DNA of 62,712 bases, filler included, from a candidate division NPL-UPA2 bacterium Unc8 (GCA_003574845.1; 3 parts of 3 records of this genome joined end to end with filler, not necessarily neighbours in it), one strand, 5' to 3'. Numbered from the whole stretch's first letter, positions 28,670 through 38,837 are shown. A program made the numbers and translations. The notes: generated by a model from the letters alone, not told the origin.

Positions 28670-29707
28670 ATGTTGAAGAAGAAGCCAATTATTGGCATTA
28701 CGATGGGAGACCCGGCAGGAGTTGGACCGGAAATTATTGCAAAAGCCCTGTCGGAAAAAAACCTCTATTCCATTTGCATCCCGCTCGTCATCGGCAATGC
28801 CGAAATTATGGCAAAGGCAATTGCTCTTACTGAAAGTACGGGCAGGCTCTCCCTCAACTCCCTCGCCAGCGCCGCTGACCTCACGAATAAACATGGAGTA
28901 ATAAATATTCTCAATCTTGACAACATAGACGCCAATTCCGTCATTTATGGCGAAATAAATGCGGACTGTGGTCAGGCGGCGATAGACTACATCAAAAAAG
29001 CGGCTGCCTTAGCCCTGTCAGGAGAGATTCAAGCAATGGTTACCTGCCCCATCCATAAGGAAGCAATAAAGGAAGCCGGGTGCAAATATCCCGGGCACAC
29101 TGAGCTTATTGCAAGTCTCACGAAAACAAAGGAATATGCAATGATGCTTGCCGATGGAGACCTCAAAATTGTTCATGTGTCATTACATCTCCCTCTCAGT
29201 GAGGCGCAGCGGCGAGTAAAAAAAAAGAGGATATTAACAGTTATCAAATTGGGAAATGAATTATTAGCCAAAATTGGCATAAAGCAATCGCGGATTGCCG
29301 TTGCGGGGTTTAACCCCCATGCAGGCGAGGGCGGCCTCTTTGGCAAGGAGGAAGAAAAAGAGATAATTCCTGCCATCCTCTCTGCAAAGAAAGAAGGAAT
29401 TAATGTAGATGGCCCCATTGCGCCGGATACTATTTTCTCAAAGGTAAGAGGAGGAGAGTATGACCTGGCAGTAGCAATGTATCATGACCAGGGGCACATT
29501 GCAGTAAAAGCCGTTGGGTTCAGCTATGACCAAAAAAGCTACTCCTGGACATCAATAAGCGGGGTCAATGTTACCCTCGGATTGCCAATTATCAGAACCT
29601 CCGTTGCTCATGGCGTCGCCTTTGACCGGGCAGGAAAAGGAAGCGCTAATCCGCAAAGCCTCAAGCAGGCAATCAGGTTCGCTGTGAAGCTGGCAAGAAA
29701 TAAATGA
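28670..29707 (+). CDS. pdxA: 4-hydroxythreonine-4-phosphate dehydrogenase family
   Basis: MGDPAGVGPE, GHTE, NPHAGE, MYHDQG, RTSVAHG. Confidence 0.92.
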   Translation: MLKKKPIIGITMGDPAGVGPEIIAKALSEKNLYSICIPLVIGNAEIMAKAIALTESTGRLSLNSLASAADLTNKHGVINILNLDNIDANSVIYGEINADCGQAAIDYIKKAAALALSGEIQAMVTCPIHKEAIKEAGCKYPGHTELIASLTKTKEYAMMLADGDLKIVHVSLHLPLSEAQRRVKKKRILTVIKLGNELLAKIGIKQSRIAVAGFNPHAGEGGLFGKEEEKEIIPAILSAKKEGINVDGPIAPDTIFSKVRGGEYDLAVAMYHDQGHIAVKAVGFSYDQKSYSWTSISGVNVTLGLPIIRTSVAHGVAFDRAGKGSANPQSLKQAIRFAVKLARNK

Positions 29708-30441
29708 AATATGGTATAATTGCGGATATACATTCCAACCTGGAGGCGCTCAATGCAGTGAGAGAGGCACTCTCAGGAGAAAACATTGATAAACTCATCT
29801 GCCCCGGAGATATTGTTGGCTATAATGCCGACCCTGTGGCTTGCGTGGACTTTATCAAAGAAAATAAAGTTATCAGTATTAAAGGAAATCATGATCGTCT
29901 GGCATCGGGCGAGGATAGCGGCTTTAGTTTCAATGAAATTGCCCGTCACGCAGCACTCTGGTCAAGAGAAAGACTGGATAGTACCCGAAAATCATTCCTT
30001 GAGTCGCTTCCAGATGAGAAAATTATTGATGAAAGCATTCTCATTGTTCATGGTTCTCCACGGGATAGAGACGAATATATTTTTTCATTGACAGAAGCAC
30101 AGGAAAATGTCAAACACATTGAAGCGAAGTACCCGGGGTTAGATATTATTTTCTTTAGCCACACCCATATCCCGGCATTCTTCACAAAAGAGAAAGCAGA
30201 GACATCATTCAAGGAAACAAGGACGATAAAATTAGACAAGAAAGAAATTTTCTTTATCAATCCTGGTTCCATAGGACAGCCAAGAGACGAATGCCCCTAT
30301 GCTTCATTTGCCATTTTTGACTCAGAAAAAATGGAGCTCAAGATAATGCGGGTCAAATATAATATTGAGGCAACGCAAAGAAAAATTATTCAAGCCGGGC
30401 TTAGCCAAAAGTTGGCAATGCGTCTTGCCTTTGGAATTTGA
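29704..30441 (+). CDS. Metallophosphoesterase (YfcE-like)
   Basis: DIHSN, GDIVGY, GNHD, HTH, NPGSIGQPRD. Confidence 0.9.
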   Translation: MKYGIIADIHSNLEALNAVREALSGENIDKLICPGDIVGYNADPVACVDFIKENKVISIKGNHDRLASGEDSGFSFNEIARHAALWSRERLDSTRKSFLESLPDEKIIDESILIVHGSPRDRDEYIFSLTEAQENVKHIEAKYPGLDIIFFSHTHIPAFFTKEKAETSFKETRTIKLDKKEIFFINPGSIGQPRDECPYASFAIFDSEKMELKIMRVKYNIEATQRKIIQAGLSQKLAMRLAFGI

Positions 30442-30484
30442 AAATCAGGGAGTTTAGAGAATTTCTCCTGAAGAGGAGGTAACG

Positions 30485-30928
30485 ATGCTAAAATTAGCTG
30501 AAATAATTCGGGAAGGCTTGAAAGTAAAGCTTGCTCGCAAGATAGCCACGCCCCCGCCCGAGCTCAAAATCGGGAAAGAGCCAATGCCTTTTTCTCTGCC
30601 TTTAGAAACCACTGTAGGAGAGAAATTTGGAGCAGACTCTTCTGTTATTCCTTTAATATCCAGGGAAATAGAAAAGGCAGAAATAAACATAGATGAAGCG
30701 GCGCGCACCTACAATATCGGCAACATAACTTCACTTGATTTTAAGTCTATGGAGAAATCCAGCACAGTTATGGTTGCCAGTAAAGTTAAAGAGGTAATAA
30801 AAGAGGCTCTTCTGAAGAAATATAAGATAACATCAGAGGAACTGGATGAAGAAATAAGCAAACATGATAAAAAAATTAAATCTCTTGCCACTCGCTGCTA
30901 TATTCATATACTGAAGCAGAGAATGTAA
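30485..30928 (+). CDS. Hypothetical protein
   Basis: 147-aa ORF with GAGGAGG RBS; no recognised motif. Confidence 0.6.
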   Translation: MLKLAEIIREGLKVKLARKIATPPPELKIGKEPMPFSLPLETTVGEKFGADSSVIPLISREIEKAEINIDEAARTYNIGNITSLDFKSMEKSSTVMVASKVKEVIKEALLKKYKITSEELDEEISKHDKKIKSLATRCYIHILKQRM

Positions 30929-30931
30929 GAT

Positions 30932-31007
30932 GGGGCTGTGGTGCAGTTGGGAGCACGTCTGACTGGCAGTCAGGAGGTCGCGGGTTCGACTCCCGCCAGC
31001 TCCACCA
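30932..31007 (+). tRNA. tRNA-Ala(GGC)
   Basis: 76-nt cloverleaf, anticodon GGC, CCA end. Confidence 0.96.
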
Positions 31008-31278
31008 AATACGATTTGGTGGTGTTTGTTGGAAAAAGTCAGAACTCATTTTGAGCAAAATCCCGACTGATTGCCGCGCTTCGCGCGGCAGAACCAAAAC
31101 TGAACGCTCGGGCGAGCAAAAATTCCTCCCCCCAGACCCCCTTCCTTTTTGCCCGCCCGCATTTGCCCGCTTCGCGGGCGAGCCGCCGATTTTTATCTAA
31201 CGAAGCCATTTGACCTATTTGAGTTGAGGGATTTGGTATTGGATAGATTGAGTAAGAAGAAATCTTGAAAGGAGGTGA

Positions 31279-31479
31279 GTGGTAATGAGAACATGGGCTA
31301 TCGCTGCCGGAGTTGTTGCCGGGGTAAGTTTAATATTGGGAATCATTTCCAGAATATTGCTTGTTCCGATATCTTTTGGATTTGTCACATTAGAGGCAAT
31401 TACCTTCCTGAGATTTACCAACACTTGCCTGCTTGCCGCTATATTCTTGACAGCATTACGAATCGCTGAAGCAAAGTAA
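31279..31479 (+). CDS. Small two-TM membrane protein
   Basis: AGGAGGTG RBS, two hydrophobic helices. Confidence 0.65.
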   Translation: MVMRTWAIAAGVVAGVSLILGIISRILLVPISFGFVTLEAITFLRFTNTCLLAAIFLTALRIAEAK

Positions 31480-31628
31480 CGCAAAAGTGCAAAAGGGGTC
31501 AGACTCTTAAAAACCTTCGTTAACAATCCCCATCTTAAACCAGTGGAACTTTTGCGTGCTGTTGCCCAAAAAATTATTCTCGACAATATTTACGCATTAT
31601 GGTACACTTATAATGGAGGTGGAATGCA

Positions 31629-31904
31629 ATGAGTATCAATACTATTTCTGTAAGAGAATTAAGACCGAAATTAGCCGATGTATTAAAGGCAGTTCATGAC
31701 AAATTTGACCGTTACATTATTATCAAAAGAGGACGTCCCGAGGCAGTAATAATGAGTATTGATGATTACGAAAGTATCCTTGAAACAATGGATATACAAT
31801 CTGATAGAGCTCTGATGCGACACATTGGAAAGGCAGAGAAGGAAATAAAACAAGGCAGGGGTCATTCATTAGAAAAAATTAAGAAAAACTTGAATCTTGT
31901 ATAA
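31629..31904 (+). CDS. Phd/YefM antitoxin
   Basis: IIIKRGRPEAVIMSIDDYESILET. Confidence 0.9.
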   Translation: MSINTISVRELRPKLADVLKAVHDKFDRYIIIKRGRPEAVIMSIDDYESILETMDIQSDRALMRHIGKAEKEIKQGRGHSLEKIKKNLNLV

Positions 31905-32157
31905 AATTATCCTTTTATCAGCAGCAGAAAAGCTCTATCGTAAAATCGCACTTAGCAATCAGGAATTACTCAGCCGTATAGATAACGCCTTTGATTCCTT
32001 AAAAAATAATCCCTTTTTGGGAAGGTCGCTTAAAGATAAACTAAAAGGTAAATTTTCTCTACGGGTCGGCGTTTATAGAATTATTTATTCAATCAAGAAA
32101 AAGGAATTAATAATCTATATTCTTGATACTGCACATAGACGTGAAGTTTACAGATAG
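31897..32157 (+). CDS. RelE/ParE toxin
   Basis: SLRVGVYRIIY..HRREVYR. Confidence 0.88.
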   Translation: MYKIILLSAAEKLYRKIALSNQELLSRIDNAFDSLKNNPFLGRSLKDKLKGKFSLRVGVYRIIYSIKKKELIIYILDTAHRREVYR

Positions 32158-32186
32158 TGCAATATAAGTGGACAGCTGAGTCTCCA

Positions 32187-32501
32187 ATGTACAAAAAAAT
32201 AAAAAGAGCACCCAAGTTTTTAAAGCAATATTTCTGGGATATTGATTTTGATAAGTTTAACTATATAAATTATCCCCGATTTGTCATCGAGCGTATTTTT
32301 GAATATGGCAATGAAAAAGCTATAACATGGATGATGAAAAATTTTTCGCGAACTCAAATTACCAGCGTTCTTCAGAAAAGTCGACAGTTAACCCAAAAAA
32401 GTGCTAATTTTTGGGCATTTATACTGGGCGTGAAAAAGGAGAATGTTAAATGTTTGAACAGGTCCTTCCGGGAAATACGAAAGCAATTCTGGCCTTATTA
32501 G
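32187..32501 (+). CDS. DUF6922-like antitoxin partner
   Basis: YFWDID..FVIERIFEYG..NFW. Confidence 0.75.
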   Translation: MYKKIKRAPKFLKQYFWDIDFDKFNYINYPRFVIERIFEYGNEKAITWMMKNFSRTQITSVLQKSRQLTQKSANFWAFILGVKKENVKCLNRSFREIRKQFWPY

Positions 32502-33082
32502 AAAAAAGTGAAATTATACAAAAGGCTTATCTGGCAGGTGGGACTGCCTTGGCACTTCAGCTTGGGCATCGCATTTCGTATGATTTGGACTTCTTTACTA
32601 TGGAAGAATTCAATGAGAATATACTCTTACCTCAGATTAAAAAAATCTCTAAATTCGAATTAGAGAAGACTGCTTGGAGAACAATCCTGGGTAAATTTAA
32701 AGATGTCCGATTCAGTATATTTTATTATGAATATCCACTTCTTTACCACACAAAAAAGTTTAGAATGATTAATATTCTTGACCTTCGCGATATCGCGGCA
32801 ATGAAAATTGCCTCTATTGCATCACGGGGAGTTAAAAGAGACTTCGTTGACCTCTATTTTATTTGCAAAGAGACTATATCTTTGGAGGAGGTTATCCAGC
32901 TTTACGATAAAAAATATAAGAACCTGGCTACTACAGCAATGCATATTATGAAGAGTCTTACCTATTTCGAAGATGCTGAGGCCGAAGATATGCCACATAT
33001 GCTTGCACCGGTGAATTGGGAAAGGGTAAAAAGATTTTTTGAAGGTGAGGTTAAAAAAACGGTAGCTAAATTCGCTAAGTAA
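32450..33082 (+). CDS. AbiEii/AbiGii nucleotidyltransferase toxin family
   Basis: YLAGGTALALQLGHRISYDLDFF, AMKI..RDFVDLY. Confidence 0.88.
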   Translation: MFEQVLPGNTKAILALLEKSEIIQKAYLAGGTALALQLGHRISYDLDFFTMEEFNENILLPQIKKISKFELEKTAWRTILGKFKDVRFSIFYYEYPLLYHTKKFRMINILDLRDIAAMKIASIASRGVKRDFVDLYFICKETISLEEVIQLYDKKYKNLATTAMHIMKSLTYFEDAEAEDMPHMLAPVNWERVKRFFEGEVKKTVAKFAK

Positions 33083-33094
33083 AGTAAGTGGCTT

Positions 33095-33382
33095 ATGATG
33101 AATCAGCTTTCAAGATTAGAAAGCCAGAGTATCTTTATCATAAGAGAAGCCTATCGGCAATTTAAGAAAGTGGCTATGCTCTGGTCAATCGGCAAGGATT
33201 CAATGACTCTTCTCTGGTTGAGTAGAAAGGCCTTTTACGGCAGGATACCTTTTCCCATTGTGCATCTGGACACGGGATATCAACTCAGGCAGATATACCG
33301 ATTCCGGGATGAATATGCAAAAAAGTGGAACTTCAACCTCATCGTGGCCAAAAATCAAGAAGCCCTGGATAGAGGAGTATAA
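33095..33382 (+). pseudogene. cysD: 5' fragment of sulfate adenylyltransferase subunit 2
   Basis: LESQSIFIIREA, WSIGKDS, HLDTG; stops at 95 aa at a heptamer array. Confidence 0.85.
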
Positions 33383-33383
33383 A

Positions 33384-33540
33384 TTTTAATATTTAATTTT
33401 TGATTTTTAATTTTCTTATATGGTGTGTAATTTTGATATTTGATTTTTAATATTTAATTTTCTTAAACGTTACGAGCATCGACAAACGTCAAACGAGTTT
33501 ATAGAACGAGCATCGACAACGACAAACTTTTGTCGACAAT
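33384..33540. repeat. TTTTAAT-type heptamer arrays plus ACGAGCATCGACAA repeats
   Basis: Visible 7-bp periodicity and a duplicated 14-mer. Confidence 0.7.
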
Positions 33541-33592
33541 AAAATAGTTTTTTGAAAGGCACTTTAGTTCATAAAAAGGGGGTGATGTAGTA

Positions 33593-33799
33593 ATGGTTTA
33601 CAGAGTAGTTATAGAGAAGGGAGAAGATTTTGGTTTTGTGGTCCACTGTCCGGCCATCCCTGGGTGTCATTCTCAGGGTAATACCATGGAGGAAGCAGTA
33701 GAAAATATTAAGGACGCTATAAAAGGGTGTCTATCAGTCTTGGATGAGCAGCCGATGCCCAAAGAGAAGGAAGTAGGAGTTATGGAGGTAACGGTATAA
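33593..33799 (+). CDS. hicB: HicB-family antitoxin
   Basis: CPAIPGCHSQGNTMEEAVENIKDAI. Confidence 0.88.
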   Translation: MVYRVVIEKGEDFGFVVHCPAIPGCHSQGNTMEEAVENIKDAIKGCLSVLDEQPMPKEKEVGVMEVTV

Positions 33800-34026
33800 T
33801 GGCAAAGCTGCCAGTTATCTCTGGAAAGCAAGCAGTGAAAGCATTCCAAAAAGCAGGTTGGTATGTAGATAGGCGGGCAAGGAGTAGGCACATAATTATG
33901 AAGAAGAATGGAATGAAAACTACTCTCTCGATTCCAGAGCATAAAGAGTTAGACAGGGGACTCCTACGCGCCCTAATAAGGGATGCTTATATGCCAGTGA
34001 ATGAGTTCATTGACCTGTTAAGATAA
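33799..34026 (+). CDS. hicA: HicA-family toxin
   Basis: KLPVISG..AFQKAGW..HIIM..IPEHKELDRGLL. Confidence 0.85.
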   Translation: MAKLPVISGKQAVKAFQKAGWYVDRRARSRHIIMKKNGMKTTLSIPEHKELDRGLLRALIRDAYMPVNEFIDLLR

Positions 34027-34065
34027 ATTAATAAGGTTAACATCAAAAAGAAGGGGGTGAAAAAA

Positions 34066-34269
34066 ATGGAGAAGAAACCAGAGTTTAATCCAGAAGTAAC
34101 GCGGGTAAAACTCAATCCCGAGCAGGCGGTGCTGGCCTGCGACTGTTTTGATACAGGACGCAACGTTAACGTTGGTGGGGCTGCATCGGGAATGGCATGC
34201 AACGACGCAGGGGTTCCGAAAAATAGGAGGTCTGCAAGCGGGATTGCCTCCGGCACAATCACCACATAA
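34066..34269 (+). CDS. Putative RiPP precursor peptide (67 aa)
   Basis: Leader-like KKPEFNPEVTRVKLNPEQAVLA, then CDC and a Gly/Ala/Ser/Thr-rich core; GGGGTG RBS; upstream of a radical SAM N-terminus. Confidence 0.6.
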   Translation: MEKKPEFNPEVTRVKLNPEQAVLACDCFDTGRNVNVGGAASGMACNDAGVPKNRRSASGIASGTITT

Positions 34270-34282
34270 GCCCTTTTGTTTT

Positions 34283-34453
34283 TAAAGAACCGAGGAACAA
34301 AAGAACCAAAGAACCAAGAAACTAAAGAACTAAGAAACGGAAGAACTAAGGAACTGAAGAACCAAGAAACTAAAGAACTAAAGAACTAAAGAACCATGTT
34401 TTTCAGTTTTTAAGTTCATATGTTTTTCAGTTCTTAGGTTTTTCAGTTTAGTT
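34283..34453. repeat. Octamer array (about 14x TAAAGAAC-like) followed by inverted octamers
   Basis: Direct 8-bp periodicity then TTTCAGTT-like units. Confidence 0.9.
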
Positions 34454-34455
34454 AA

Positions 34456-34551
34456 ATGAAAGATATTAGCTTAGGTCACTTTTACGATAGGCTACGCAAT
34501 AAAAAAGAGCATTATCCCTGGGAGGGTCAGATTGACCTTACCTATAGATGT
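34456..34551 (+). pseudogene. 5' fragment of a radical SAM protein
   Basis: ..YPWEGQIDLTYRC ends at the first Cys of the expected CxxxCxxC motif. Confidence 0.6.
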
Positions 34552-34997
34552 GAGGTGGGGATTACCAATGCCTTTAATTTCATGGATGGCATGGATGGGT
34601 TAGCACCCGGTTTAGGAATCGTCTGCTCCCTGTCTTTCTTTGTAATTGCTCTGCAGACCAATCAGCCTTACTTATGTTTTCTCGCCATTGCCATGATTGG
34701 GAGCTGCTTGGGGTTCTTGAGATATAATTTTAAGCCTGCCAAAGTATTTTTAGGAGATAGTGGAAGTAATTTTATTGGGTTTATCCTGGCCGGTCTTGCG
34801 ATTATGGGTGAATGGGCAGAGGGTGATATAGTAAAATTGAGCATCCCGATTTTGATTTTAGGAGTTCCTATTTTTGATATGATATACACTACTGTAGCAA
34901 GGATTGGGAAGGGCGAGGTATCTAATTTTAAGGAATAATTATCTTTGCAATCATCGCTGTATTAATGCTTTTAGGAAAGAAACGTTTAGCCCGTTAG
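34552..34997 (+). pseudogene. Internally deleted MraY/WecA-family glycosyltransferase fragment
   Basis: TNAFNFMDGMDGL, FLGDSGS, VPIFD; out-of-frame tail IIFAIIAVLMLLGKKRLAR* at 34935-34997. Confidence 0.8.
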
Positions 34998-35013
34998 AAG
35001 CCTTACAACGTAG

Positions 35014-35101
35014 GCCGGAGTGGCGGAATTGGTATACGCGGCGGTCTCAAAAACCGTTCCCGATTTTCGGGACGAGGGTTCGAGTCCCTCCTCCGGCACC
35101 A
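35014..35101 (+). tRNA. tRNA-Leu(CAA)
   Basis: Long variable arm, anticodon CAA, CCA end. Confidence 0.93.
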
Positions 35102-35193
35102 ATTTTATTTGACACAGGCGGCTTTGGGTTGATATAACGACTCTGGTGAACTGAGATTGATTTTGTAATTATGACGGACGGAGGGATATCGAC

Positions 35194-35649
35194 ATGAAAG
35201 AAAGGAGGAGGTTTATTCGTATTTACATGGATATCCCGATGACCTATAAGCATCTTGATGCAGAGGAAGAAGTCCGGATTTCGACGATGGTTAACGTGAG
35301 CCATATGGGTCTATGTTTTCTTTGTGAGGAAAACCTGGCAACAGGAGATATGCTGGAGTTTACCTTTAATTTGCCTCCTGGACCCCGGACCGTCTCTGTT
35401 TCTGGTAAAGTAATCTGGGCGAATAATTTGAGAGGAAAAAACAAGAGCATCTATGAGGTGGGAGTAGAATTCGTTGATACAGACGATGAAGACCAATTAA
35501 CAATCCAGCAATTCATTCAGTATGAGCGAATGGCCGAGAGAAACCATATGATAAAAAAACACTTTGTAAAGGTCTGGGACGTATCACAGCCTGGATCAAG
35601 TCCTCCAGCGGGGCGAGGAGATATTGTCAGAGAGAAGCCAATTCAATGA
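35194..35649 (+). CDS. PilZ domain protein
   Basis: ERRRFIR and NVSHMG motifs, GVEF. Confidence 0.85.
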   Translation: MKERRRFIRIYMDIPMTYKHLDAEEEVRISTMVNVSHMGLCFLCEENLATGDMLEFTFNLPPGPRTVSVSGKVIWANNLRGKNKSIYEVGVEFVDTDDEDQLTIQQFIQYERMAERNHMIKKHFVKVWDVSQPGSSPPAGRGDIVREKPIQ

Positions 35650-36249
35650 TAAAGACTAAATTGTTTTACGGTTTTTTCAAAATAATTATTGGCTCTATAC
35701 TCAAATTATTTTATTCATTAGAAATAAAAGGACTGGAAAACCTGCCCCAGGAAGGTGGTGGGATCTTAGCGCCTAACCATTCCAGCTATCTTGACCCACT
35801 ATTTTTTGGATTGGCAGTTCCAAGAAATATTAGCTGAATAGCAAAAGAGTCTTTTTTTAATGTATGGTGGTTAGGGTGGTTCCTTAAAATCACTGGTTGC
35901 CTGTCAGTTAATCCAGATAAGCCAGGTATTGAAACTATCAAAGGCGCACTCCTGGTTCTTAAACAGGGCGGAATGCTCGGGATTTTCCCTGAGGGGGACC
36001 CGTAGCAGGGATGGCAAGCTAAGGAATGGTGAGTTAGGGGCGGCACTGCTTGCTCTAAGAAGTGATTCGCCAATTCTTCCAGCAGCAATTGATGGAGCCT
36101 TTGAAGCATACCCGCCAGATGCAAAATTCCCCAGACCCCGACGGATAAAATTGAGATTTGGACAACCTTTAATTTTTGACGCAGTAAAAAAAGGCAAAAT
36201 AGACAAAAAGGCTCTTGAAGCAGCTACAGAAAAGATTATTCCTGATTGA
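35646..36249 (+). pseudogene. plsC: Lysophospholipid acyltransferase disrupted by TGA and a +1 frameshift
   Basis: NHSSYLD motif; TGA at 35835-35837; extra G in the GAGGGGGACC run breaks FPEGTRS. Confidence 0.85.
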
Positions 36250-37087
36250 TGGAAATTTATATGTTTATCGTGCTTATTACGCAATGAAAGACCTCACTAC
36301 ATCCCGGGGTGAGCTTTCAGGTGCAATCTATGGTTTCTCACGCATGCTCATCAATCTTTTATATGAGAGAAAACCAGATTATTTAGCAATTGTTTTTGAC
36401 CTGCCAGCTCCCACATTTCGCCATCGCCAATTTTCCGCCTATAAGGCCAACCGTCCCAAGATGCCTCATTCTCTTCAGAACCAATTAATTTTTATCAAGG
36501 AGATTGTTCGTGCATTTAATGTTCAGATTTTTGAGTTAGAGGGATATGAGGCTGATGACATCCTGGCAACGGTAGCCAAAAAAACCGAGAAAGAAATAGA
36601 TGTCTTTATCTTTACAAAAGACAAGGATATTCTGCAGCTTATCAGTCATAACATAAAAGTCGTTGACCAAAAAAAGATTGACCATATCTACGACCTAAAT
36701 TGGGTGAGAGAAAAATACAGTCTTGAGCCAGCAAGGATTACCGACGTAATGGCACTTTGCGGAGATAGCACTGACAATATCCCTGGAGTGGCAGGGGTAG
36801 GAGAAAAAACATCACTCAAGCTGATTCAGGAGTTTGGCAGCCTTGAAAATCTCTTCAATAATCTTGAACGGGTAAAAAACGAAAAACTGCAAGAATCCTT
36901 AATAAACTCTGTTGAGCAGGTAAGAATTAATCACGAGCTCCTTACCCTTAGCACTGAAGTTCCGTTGGAGATGAAAATTGACCATCTTAGAATAACCAGG
37001 GCATACTGGGAAAAGGTGGTAGAAATTTTTGCGAGATTTGAATTTGATGGATTATTAAGAAAGATTGACTATTATTATAAAAAATGA
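36215..37087 (+). CDS. Stand-alone 5'-3' exonuclease (PolA N-terminal/FEN-like)
   Basis: LIDG..YRAYY, YKANR, EADD, GDSTDNIPGV.GVGEKT. Confidence 0.88.
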   Translation: MKQLQKRLFLIDGNLYVYRAYYAMKDLTTSRGELSGAIYGFSRMLINLLYERKPDYLAIVFDLPAPTFRHRQFSAYKANRPKMPHSLQNQLIFIKEIVRAFNVQIFELEGYEADDILATVAKKTEKEIDVFIFTKDKDILQLISHNIKVVDQKKIDHIYDLNWVREKYSLEPARITDVMALCGDSTDNIPGVAGVGEKTSLKLIQEFGSLENLFNNLERVKNEKLQESLINSVEQVRINHELLTLSTEVPLEMKIDHLRITRAYWEKVVEIFARFEFDGLLRKIDYYYKK

Positions 37088-37611
37088 AAAGAGCGCTTTT
37101 AGTAATTGATATGCTGGTAGATTTTTTAGAGGAAGGTGGCGCTCTCTTCTGTGGCAAAGAAGCGGTTAAAATCATCCCGTTTGTGCAAAGAAAGATAAAG
37201 GAGGTCCGTGCAGACGGTGGCATTGTCATCTACATCTGCGATGCTCACCAGAAAGATGATTTAGAATTCAAGCTCTTTCCGCAACACTGCATTGAAGGAA
37301 CCAACGGGGCTCAAATCATTAAAGAGCTAAAGTCTGCTAACGAGGATATAGTTGTTAAGAAAAAGAGGTTTAGCGGCTTTTTCAGAACACCGTTAGAGGA
37401 TATCCTGAAAGAGTGCTCCATTGATAGAGTTGAAGTTGTTGGGGTTTGCACTTCAATCTGTGTAATGGACACCGTTGCGGATTTAAGAAATAGAGACTAT
37501 CCAGTTACTGTCTATGGAGAAGCCGTAGCGGACTTTGACCCGGAAGCACACCATTTTGCCCTGAAAAGAATGGAAAAAATATACGGAGCAGTAGTTAAGC
37601 TTCATTCATAG
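37084..37611 (+). CDS. Isochorismatase/nicotinamidase family cysteine hydrolase
   Basis: [21 protein letters not shown]. Confidence 0.88.
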   Translation: MKRALLVIDMLVDFLEEGGALFCGKEAVKIIPFVQRKIKEVRADGGIVIYICDAHQKDDLEFKLFPQHCIEGTNGAQIIKELKSANEDIVVKKKRFSGFFRTPLEDILKECSIDRVEVVGVCTSICVMDTVADLRNRDYPVTVYGEAVADFDPEAHHFALKRMEKIYGAVVKLHS

Positions 37612-38837
37612 ATTTTTTCATCTTCAGCATAAGATTCAGGGGCGTCATCTTCCACATTGCGCACACCGACATCATACTCAAAAACTTCTTTGAAGTATTC
37701 GTGTTGGATGATGAGATTCATGATTTCATTCGTGCCTGTCCATATCATCATAAGCCTCACATCCCTCAATATCCTTTCAATGGGATAAATATTTGTGTAG
37801 CCTATGCCCCCCATAACCTGCATTGCGTTGTTCACGATTTCCCAAGCCGAGTCAGTAGCAAATTTCTTGGCTTCCGATACAAGCCTGCGTGTGTAACCTG
37901 TGCATCCCATTTTGTCCACAGCCGTAGCTGCCCCATATACCAGACCTCTTGCTGCATCCAGTTTTGTAATACTATCTGCAATCTTGAAACTGACAGCTTG
38001 AAACTCGCGAATTTTTCTGTCAAAAGCCTTTCTTTTATTGCTGTACCGCGATGCAATCTCAAGCGCAGCTCGTGATAGCCCAATTGCTCCTGCTGCTGTT
38101 GTCATCCGTTCAGGTATCATCATCTGATAAAAAATATCTGCAGCCTTATTTTCATCAAAAAGAAGGTTTTCCACAGGCACTCTTGTATTGTTAAATATGA
38201 GCCTTCCGGCACCTCCTCCTCTTGTTCCCATAAGCCCATAAAGGTATTTTGCCTCAACACCCATATCTCTTTCAACGATAAATGCGCTCAAGGATTTGCC
38301 GGGGGAATCTTCACAAGTCTTAGCGTAAACAAGAAAAATATCAGCGCCTTCTGCGCCAACAACAAATCGTTTTTGTCCATTTAAAATATATGAATTTCCC
38401 TCCTTTCTGGCAGTTGTCGTCGTGCCAAAAAAATCGGAGCCGCCACGCGGTTCAGTGAGCGCCTCAGCGCAAAAGATTTCCCCCTTTATCAAAGGTTCAA
38501 GATACTTTCTCTTCTGCCCTTTTGTTCCAAAAACATGAACTGCCTCACCAACAATGCTAACAAGTGAATATAAGCAAGTCAGTGATGCACCGAGCACCCC
38601 AATCTCTTCAAGGGCAACAATCTCATCTATCCATTGTAGCCCCCTGCCGCCAAATTCCTTTGAAAATCTCAAGCCCAGCAAATTTCTCCTTGCCGCTTCA
38701 ACAACATATTCTCTGGGATAGCGGACTTTATCAGCATCCATATCAAGCAACAACTGTTTTGGAACCCACTTCACAAGTTCCCTCACTTCATCTCTTAGTT
38801 TCTTCTGCCGTTCTGTTAACAAAGCTTCAATCATCAT
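37602..38837 (-). CDS. Acyl-CoA dehydrogenase
   Basis: [31 protein letters not shown]. Confidence 0.9.
   Translation of the reverse strand: MMIEALLTERQKKLRDEVRELVKWVPKQLLLDMDADKVRYPREYVVEAARRNLLGLRFSKEFGGRGLQWIDEIVALEEIGVLGASLTCLYSLVSIVGEAVHVFGTKGQKRKYLEPLIKGEIFCAEALTEPRGGSDFFGTTTTARKEGNSYILNGQKRFVVGAEGADIFLVYAKTCEDSPGKSLSAFIVERDMGVEAKYLYGLMGTRGGGAGRLIFNNTRVPVENLLFDENKAADIFYQMMIPERMTTAAGAIGLSRAALEIASRYSNKRKAFDRKIREFQAVSFKIADSITKLDAARGLVYGAATAVDKMGCTGYTRRLVSEAKKFATDSAWEIVNNAMQVMGGIGYTNIYPIERILRDVRLMMIWTGTNEIMNLIIQHEYFKEVFEYDVGVRNVEDDAPESYAEDEKIYE

Noticed and set aside
34283-34453. Possible CRISPR array
   Set aside because: 8-bp degenerate tandem units without spacers; no cas genes in the window.
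34904-35137. ORF with CNHRC resembling the rest of a radical SAM motif
   Set aside because: The same bases read better in another frame as the hydrophobic WecA tail, and the ORF overlaps tRNA-Leu.
79-35837. Stop-codon recoding suggested by in-frame TAG (hicA) and TGA (plsC)
   Set aside because: Different codons, both used as normal stops in many core genes here, and plsC also has a frameshift.
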